Below, piece by piece: positions 55,661-64,000 of a DNA stretch of 64,000 nt; positions within the stretch are counted from its first letter, which is position 1; each line of letters opens with the position of its first letter. The notes under the pieces were generated by a model that did not search any database, had not been told where the DNA came from, and saw only the letters and a program-made list of their open reading frames with translations. The translations under genes were made by a program, and so were the position numbers. Where the stretch lies: positions 194,928,001 through 194,992,000 of the forward strand of contig OX597815.1 in the NCBI GenBank assembly GCA_951406725.2. Direction: 5' to 3'. Source of the DNA: Octopus vulgaris. Its lineage: Eukaryota.

Positions 55661-56980
55661 CAGTGGTTCCCAAACTTGTTTTCTTCACGGGGCGCCTTAC
55701 AAGAAGTTAAAATCTTCTGGCGAACGTTGTACATAAATACTAAAACATACAAAATTGTTTTATAAATATTAGCATGGCATAAACTAAAAAATAATTAAAA
55801 ATACAGAAACATTGCATGTACGTTCTCTATTCAATATATGAAACAACATTATCAAAGAGGAACATGTGCTTGATGTTTTGTTGAATGAATTTTTTTCAAT
55901 ATTGTGTGTGTGTGTGTGTATACAAGTTGTACATGCAGATTTTCATTCCACTGCACTTAGTGGCAAATTTATGCTAGAGAGAGCAGAATACAGACCAGGT
56001 CCCTCTCTTGACCTGGACTACCGTATTTTAGTGAATAGAAAAATGTAAGACAATTTGACTGATAAATGTTATATTTTAATGTTTTAAAGAACCTGCTCCA
56101 GTTAATCCTGCTAGGCCCACCAATCTTCTATCTCGATCACGTAATTATGTATCTGCTCGCCGGTTTATCTAACCTTTCCGAGCTTGCTGTAGGTTTTAAA
56201 TGTCCCTTCTGTGTATGCGTCCTTCAGTCGCTCGTCAATGGTTTCCGCTTTCTCTTGGTCCACCTCATCCATTTGCAGGTAGAGATTTAATGCATTGCCC
56301 TCTAAATACAACGGCATAAGAATTGCCACATCTTTTATTCCCAGCAGCTTTGCCACTAATCTCACCTTCTTTATCCAGGCCCATACATCACATTCCCCAG
56401 TGTACGGTCTCAACACATCATTTCTGATTCTAATTTTTAGGGCTATTACAAATGAAGAACAAGAACAACAAAATTTATTTTTAAAAATCTACATCTCTGC
56501 GTCTCCTCACAGCTGGTAATAACGTGCCCAAATAGCTTGTGGTTTAAAGGCACGTAAATAAAATTATTCTTACCTCGACTGGCAATCAGGTACAGCCGGC
56601 AGATTGATCAATTCTTTACCCATGTTCTCACAACCTCTGTCTCTCACAATTGGCGTCCCAGGAAAGACAAAACACAAAAACGTTTCTTCTACCTTGCTGA
56701 CGTGGCGTCATCTCTTGTCGCTTGTAGTTTTTCCTTCCACAATTACACTGTTAAACCATAAGTAGCCTAATGAATTGAACGACGCAATCACCTTCCATTC
56801 TTAGTTTAGAACTTGGTATTTATTTTTTTTTTTGCCACTTTGACATTTATATATGAATTTTCTAGTGAATTTCTGTTTGTTTTTTTCATATTTTCAAATA
56901 TGATATTACTTTTTCGAGGCGCACCTAATTACAACTTGCGACGAACCAGTGCGCCAACACGCACGGTTTGGAAACCACTG
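55661..56980. mobile_element. Non-autonomous hAT (Charlie-like) element
   Basis: TIR CAGTGGTTCCCAAAC / GTTTGGAAACCACTG; degenerate 8-bp TSD gaTTAGGG / ttTTAGGG. Confidence 0.75.
56100..56450 (-). pseudogene. LTR-retrotransposon gag fragment
   Basis: PYTGECDVWAWIKKVRLVAKL..MPLYLEGNALNLY..RLKDAY..GEQI..Y. Confidence 0.7.
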
Positions 56981-57751
56981 TTTTAGGGTTTTAATTTTAT
57001 CGTCAACTACTGATGTTGACGAAGGCCTGGACCCTACGCATGCGTGATTTGTTTTGTTTTTTAGAACCCACTTCTTGTGCGTCTAGAAACATGACAGTGA
57101 TACAAGATTGGTATTCATTTATTGTATTTTGCTTTATCTGCTTTCAAATTTAATGCACAACCTAGAAATGCTATCAGTGCCATCTTTCATGCTAAGCCTG
57201 GTGTTTAAAATTTTTATAAATGTTTTTAACTGGCTGACTAATATTTAACGGACGAAACCATTTCAATGGAATAATCATGGAAATGTGACGAAGAAAACTA
57301 TTTTTCATGTGTCAACAAAGAATGAGCAATGAGAATGAAATTGAGAATTATTTGAAATGCTGACAGAGATTTTTAGCTGTTAAAGAAAATGGTCATTGGC
57401 ACATTTTTAACTGAATAGAAAATAGAAATTTGGTAAGTAATGCACTTTTTGTTGATACGTAAATAAATCTTTGAAAGAATATAAGAGAAATGTTAAAAGA
57501 TATACAATATAAATGACTGAATCGAACGTTTTCAATGAATCGTGTTTCCATAATACCTACGTGTCTGCGACTTAAAGAAATATATAAATTGTCACAAGAA
57601 ACATCTAGCTGCAAATGAATATCGTTTCTGAAAATTTGCAATTCGATATGGATATACAAGTTTGAATAAGAAATGTTATTGGCTACTGAAGCGTAAATGA
57701 CTAAACGTATATTGTAAGAACCATACATATATCGATAAACATATTTGTGTG

Positions 57752-57807
<56 letters not shown>

Positions 57808-57946
57808 TGTGTGAGTGTGTGTTTATGTGTGTGTGTTTGTGTGTGTTTGTGTGTATATATGTATGTATATATATATATATATATATATATCACTGGTGTA
57901 CGTTGCGAAGAGATATAGATATAGAAACATACAAACACATTTATTT

Positions 57947-57983
<37 letters not shown>

Positions 57984-58689
57984 AAATACATTGCTTAATG
58001 GTGTATCTCGAAGCAAAGGCAACTATAAGTGATAGCTTGCAATATGATGGTTTAAGACAAATTACATGTCGAAAAATAACACCGAATGTTATCGACGGAT
58101 CTCGAACCAGGAATCTTCTATAAGAATGACACGCCACTGATTGTGCCAAATTAAGCATCGATGTTAAATTAGATGTTTTCATCTCACTAATAAACTGCAT
58201 GACTCGAACTGTGCATCTTCCGGGATCATGACAGGCGTGCTAATAAATGAAATAAAGTGATTTTCGTGTTCTCTTCTCACAAATTAGATTCTTAAATAAG
58301 TAGTTGTTTGGCGCCGAGATACATCATTAGACTGCTCGTTTATTATTTCTTGATGTTTCTATATTTACAACCACAGACGCCCCACTTTGCGTTTCATCAT
58401 TTTTGTATCAATATAACATACCAATAAAGTGCGATGGGTTAGCGGAATAATTAGAGAAAAGTGCATAGTGCATTCTTGTGTCGAATATAACGGTTTGGTT
58501 TTTTAACAATGAGGCCTGCAATTGGGAGTTTCTCACTTTGGTAAATGTTGTTGTAGAATGGAGACTTGCATGCGCACGAAGCTGCTTGTTGTTCTAAATA
58601 CAGTGGCCAAGAGTACAAATACATGACCAAATTTAGGCCCAACATAAACCAGAGGAATCTTCCAACTTCCTCTTCTAAACACACACACA

Positions 58690-58738
<49 letters not shown>

Positions 58739-59494
58739 TATCGAATTAATTCAGAGCAAGACAATTTACAAATAAAAATGAGTTATATTTACCCTCAAAT
58801 ATGTAGAAATATATGTAGTAATTTTTCCTTGTCATTATTGAACCTGATGTGTCTAATGTAATCGTGACTAAATAATTACAGATGACTATTAATTTGATGC
58901 CAAGTTAAATGTTTAATGTCAATGTAGCTGCTAGGGTAACAAAGGTGAAATTTATGTTTTGTACGATGCTTAATTCAAAACCTAAAGTACTGTAAATATA
59001 TACGTTCACGTTGGATGTTGTATTGGCTTGGCAAATAAATTCATCAAAGATTACCTTTTGAAGGTTAACACGTCAGTATGTTGTAAGTAAACAAAATGTC
59101 GCTGAATACACTCACGTTTATTTCTTAATGTTATTAAATAGTGTGAAATGTTAAACTACTTTGATGCCCATCTAAGAGAGGCATTCACTGGCATATGACA
59201 AATGCATTCTTTGGAAATCTCTTGCCAGATTAAATGCATAAAGATGTTACATTTGTTAACTTCTCGTTTCCTTATTTACATTTCTCTTTAATCATGAAAG
59301 TGACTAATGATTTTTCTTTATAAGTTTGATATAAAAATTAATTATTTACAGATTTCCTCATCTGCCCGTTTGTGTATGTGTATCTTTACTTTGTTTTTGT
59401 ATGCTTACGATTCGCGTTGTTGCTTAGGGATTTAGTTTACTGTTGTCTTATTTTTATCCCCACCACTGACATTTCCAACAAACTATATGGTATA

Positions 59495-59886
59495 CTAGCA
59501 GTATCGCCCGGCATAGCTCGAGTTTGTTTCAACCCTTTAGAATTGGAATTTTTGAAAAGTAAAAATTTTGCATTATGTAGCTTGTTACTCTCTTTAAGTG
59601 AACATTTTTCTGGTTGAAATACACCGAAAAATGGTGACACAGCAGTCAAAATATCGTAGGAAATAGGGATTTTCATAGAAAAAAAGCACCTTTTTGATGT
59701 AAATAAGTTTTGGTGTTAACATGGTCCGATTTGAATTGGTTCTTCTACGGAAGGAAGAGTAAGCCTTCTTCTATCACACTTTCACTTTTGGTCAACTTGC
59801 GCCGCGGGGTCTCGGAGGAGATAGTGTTTGTTGAAGGCTACCAAACCTGCCACACACAGACAACTTCAGCTTTATATATATAGAGA
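59495..59886 (-). mobile_element. Non-autonomous Helitron
   Basis: Minus strand: A|TCTCTATATATATAAAG...CTCGAGCTATGCCGGGCG hairpin...CTAG|T; canonical TC/CTAG ends in an AT target. Confidence 0.85.
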
Positions 59887-60884
59887 TTTATTATAGCGTT
59901 TAATTATCATTAACTACGCTACCTATTAAATTAAGAAATTGGGGAAAAATCATCTGTAGCTGAATGAAACTAACCATTGACTAACATTCGAACGATATTT
60001 TGTGACACCCACTGTCGTAGAAACTTGAGGAATGCTCTTATCATTTTCTATTACGTCATACTATGTATCAATATAAAGGGGTAAGTGCAACAGATTTTGT
60101 GTATTTTTAAAAAGTTAAATTCCTTCTCTGTTATGTAATTGTTCAATAGCAATGGATATTTTTGGCTGAGTCTCTGCTCTTTCTGTTACTGACAAAAATG
60201 ATGCTATTATTGCATGTATGAGTTATTCTCTTTATTTTTTAAATGTTCGATTTGACTGAGATAAATGTGTTTCTATATGGAAATTGGAGGTATATGTAGT
60301 TAGAGTTTTTGTAAGTATCCACCCACAAGTGAAGCCTGATTAACAATATAAATAATCGAAAACTTTCCACACAAAATCAGCTTTTACCAACAATCTCGGT
60401 CTAGTTTAAAACAGGCATCTTTTCTCAAACTATGGAATCCTATTTCAGAGAAAATGTAATGTGGTTCAATCTAGACTGATTCATTTACTTGACTATACCG
60501 CGTACATGCTATCACTCCGTTCTGGAGATTTTAAATACATATTTATATTTCTATGGTCGAATAGGGAAGTAGTAAAGATTGATGCAATAATAAGATATAT
60601 CTGTGATGTAAGTGAATTTTCGTTATTCTGGTTTCAGTGAGTAGGTGATGCAGCCGTCTAGATTCTGTATGTGTCTCCTTCAGCGTGAGTACGTGGGCAT
60701 CGCATTACATTTCGTGATGTGCAAGAATTATAAAGTAGCTGATGTCTCAAAGATATATTTCGTGAAATTTATTATTGAAATTTATTTCGTGAAACATTAA
60801 CTGGGTGAATTTGGTGATTTTTAAAGAGGATGTTTGTACTGAAAATGATAATTTTAAATATCCATAAAGATTACAACAGTTTTG

Positions 60885-60921
<37 letters not shown>

Positions 60922-61616
60922 CATGTATGTATGTATATTCGGCGCTCGGAAAATCAATATTAGTCCAATAAAGAATATTTTCTTTTAAAGAATCCAGTCT
61001 AAGTCTACAATACGTAACTATATTAATCTCGTACTTACGACAACAGAATACAGCAGAACAGGATTATAACAGATGAAAACATAATGTCGATTGTCAATAT
61101 ACTACTTATTTGTGGTTGCAAATCATTTCATTCCTTCCTTCCTTTTCATCTTTCTTTCTTCCTTTCACACTCACACACTCATTGGCTTAAATTTTGTCTC
61201 GCTGTGTATCTCTAACTCTCTCTCTCCCTCTCTCTCCGAAGCTCTATTTCTCTCTCTTTCTCTCTCTGAAATGTATTTTTGCGACTTCTACAAAAGCGAA
61301 AATATCTGTAAACGAATTACAAAACTCAGTTTACTGCAGATAAATTTATTAACATAATCTATGTGATTAGAAACATAAGAATGAGAACTACGACTAATAT
61401 ACAACGTAACACACGCTGTAGTTTCGAGTAGAGTGAATGTGAAAGAGGAAAGAAAAGTACATAGGTGGAATGGTTATGGCTGGAAACACTTTGGTTATAA
61501 TTAAGATTCATCAAGTACATATTGATCAAAAAGGGAAGCTTCAGTTAGTTGTAGAAATAATAACAGTTCTATCATCATCATCATCATCATTATTATTATT
61601 ATCATTATTATTACTA

Positions 61617-61660
<44 letters not shown>

Positions 61661-61671
61661 GTTGTTGTTGA

Positions 61672-62210
61672 ATGTGAGAGCAGTGCATGCCATCAAAGTG
61701 ACACAGGTAAAATATACGAAGCCCAATATACACATCATGGCCACCCGTCTGATAAGGGTACACTAAGCACATGCATCAGAACCATATGTGCGCAACATGG
61801 TGATCTCATATCAAGATAAACAGCACATGACCTTGCAGGTGGGGCCCTATTAGAATTTTCTTCTAGTTGAGTAACCTATCCCACTCAAAAGGTCCCTGAA
61901 TACGGGTTGTTTAAGGATGTTGAAACACCCATGTTTCCAAAGGTGAATTATTCAAACCTGAAAGAATTCCTTTCAACACACGGCTATGGTGCTCCCCCAC
62001 TACCTCTGCTCGTGATCAGAGATGCACATATCGTCAGCCACTAAGGGACATTGTCAACTGGTTATGGTCAAACAACTGACAAGCAAATTTGTGGTATTGA
62101 GCAGAATATTTGCTGTAGCCCGTTTTTATACCAAGACAAAACGATATACATGATAAGACATGCAATTAAGTAAGATCAGAAACCACGAGAGTCACTGCCT
62201 GGTACTGCAT
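61672..62210. mobile_element. About 540 bp non-coding interspersed repeat inserted in a trinucleotide microsatellite
   Basis: Homologous to 31060-31627; flanked by (ATT)n and (CAT)n. Confidence 0.75.
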
Positions 62211-62242
62211 CATCATCATCATCATCATCATCATTATCATCA

Positions 62243-62283
<41 letters not shown>

Positions 62284-62374
62284 GTCATTATTATTTTTAT
62301 TATTAATATTATTACTATTATTATTAACATTATTATTATTGGTTGTGGTGGTAGTAGTAGTAGTAGTAGTAGTG

Positions 62375-62423
<49 letters not shown>

Positions 62424-62993
62424 ATGCAGCATTTGTCGTTGTTGTTGAAAGTAGTATTTTTTCTATAATTGTGAAAGATTCCGTTTTGTTGAGAACGTTT
62501 TGCTGCGGAACACTTTTACACGTTTCACAGATTTCTTTTGTCTCTTTTAATTTATTTGAGAATATAAATGTTTTTCGATGCGCACGGGAATTCAAAGAAC
62601 TACAGCGTAATAGGAAAAATAAAATAAATAAAGACAGATTATTCAACAAACCCATCATCAGCTTAAGACAATTCTTGATAAGATGATCTTTTGATGACTA
62701 CATTCAATACATGCGCGATTTTACTACGATTGTCACCGAATCGGTATATTTCTCTTAGATTTAATTGAATTCGTTTATTGCTTATATCAAATTATTTTCC
62801 AGCATGAAACAGATGTTGTAGACGTAAACATTAAAGAATCGGATTAACTGCATAAATCGGTTCGTTCTTATGGGAGACCAATTTGTAATTCATTCACATC
62901 GCTATACGAATGTGAAATCCCAAAAAGCAGCATGGTTACCGTTTTAGGTATCGTTTTATTTAGCACGTAATACATGTACATACACATACAAGA

Positions 62994-63042
<49 letters not shown>

Positions 63043-63057
63043 TATATATATGTAGAA

Positions 63058-63096
<39 letters not shown>

Positions 63097-63112
63097 AATA
63101 TATATATATATA

Positions 63113-63140
63113 TCCTTAAATCCTTAAATCCTTAAAAATG
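63113..63140 (-). mobile_element. Tail-only stub of the CR1-like LINE
   Basis: (tccttaaa)3 followed by aatgt, identical to the tail at 52427-52447. Confidence 0.7.
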
Positions 63141-63175
63141 TATATATATATGTAAATATATATATATATATATAT

Positions 63176-63390
63176 ATTACGGAGATGTACTCGCATAGCA
63201 AGTAATTTGATCTGAGATCGTGTGCTGAAACGAAAACAATTGCAGCGTGGAATGTGTTTATAAGCCATTTAAGAAACACACAAAAGCCGTTCGATTCACT
63301 TCAACATTTAAGTTTAATTTGTCGAAATATTTTCGTCGCTAAAATCCGCGACCTGTTCACTGACAAAGTCCGTGCTGCATCTAAGAAAGT
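63176..63390 (-). mobile_element. Penelope-derived repeat in (TA)n carrying a G3-C8 hammerhead motif
   Basis: Second copy at 7650-7796; (TA)n on both sides. Confidence 0.7.
63318..63367 (-). ncRNA. Hammerhead ribozyme-like motif, G3-C8 core variant
   Basis: TTTGTCa-GTGAACA-G-GTCGCggattttaGCGAC-GAA-AATATT-T-cGACAAA. Confidence 0.65.
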
Positions 63391-63523
63391 AAATATATAT
63401 ATATATATAAGAAGGTAAATATATATATATATATGTAAATATATATATATATATTCACACATATATATATATATATATATTAACACATATATATATATAT
63501 TAACATATATATATATATATATG

Positions 63524-63565
<42 letters not shown>

Positions 63566-63632
63566 AATATATATTCATTTACATATATATATATTGTGTA
63601 AATATATATATATGTATTTACATATATATATT

Positions 63633-63672
<40 letters not shown>

Positions 63673-63680
63673 TGTAAATG

Positions 63681-63731
<51 letters not shown>

Positions 63732-63822
63732 TTATATGTATGTGTGTGTATAATTGTTAAAGAGTACAACAAACATTAAGGCAAGGCAAACATCTCAATT
63801 CATATACAGTATTATTATTGGT

Positions 63823-63935
63823 AAAAGTTTATGGTGACGATGCACCATCATACGACATAGTCAAGGACTGTGATTTCCAGTTCAAATGTGGTCGGACATT
63901 GGTGGAAACTGCTCCTGTTCTTGAATGACTACATT
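63823..63935 (+). pseudogene. Mariner transposase N-terminal (HTH) fragment
   Basis: KVYGDDAPSYDIVKD..QFKCGRTLVETAP. Confidence 0.75.
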
Positions 63936-64000
63936 CCAGCTTCTGATTTATTTTGATGTGTTTCGGGTGTCATGAGTTAAAGAAGAGACATTGTTTCGAG

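Overview
Eukaryotic, very AT-rich, microsatellite-dense DNA. The SINE families and repeat landscape look like an octopus genome (inference). No intact protein-coding gene is visible, and almost all ORFs in the track are microsatellite artefacts. The window is mostly mobile-element debris: several tRNA-derived SINE families, RTE, CR1-like and R4/Dong LINE ends, Penelope-like RT and GIY-YIG remnants, Helitrons, mariner, hAT, Merlin-type and Tigger-type MITEs, and Gypsy gag fragments. The most notable signal is a set of short non-coding elements sitting in (TA)n tracts, often as inverted repeats, that carry type I hammerhead ribozyme motifs. These include a canonical inverted pair (3323-3373/5569-5619), a long-stem-II form (9769-9851), a family with a CUGUUGA core (three copies) and a G3-C8 core-swapped form (63318-63367). 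A possible spliced minus-strand reading frame at 27.5-30.1 kb is interrupted only by TGA codons. All folds and translations were done by eye and need computational confirmation.
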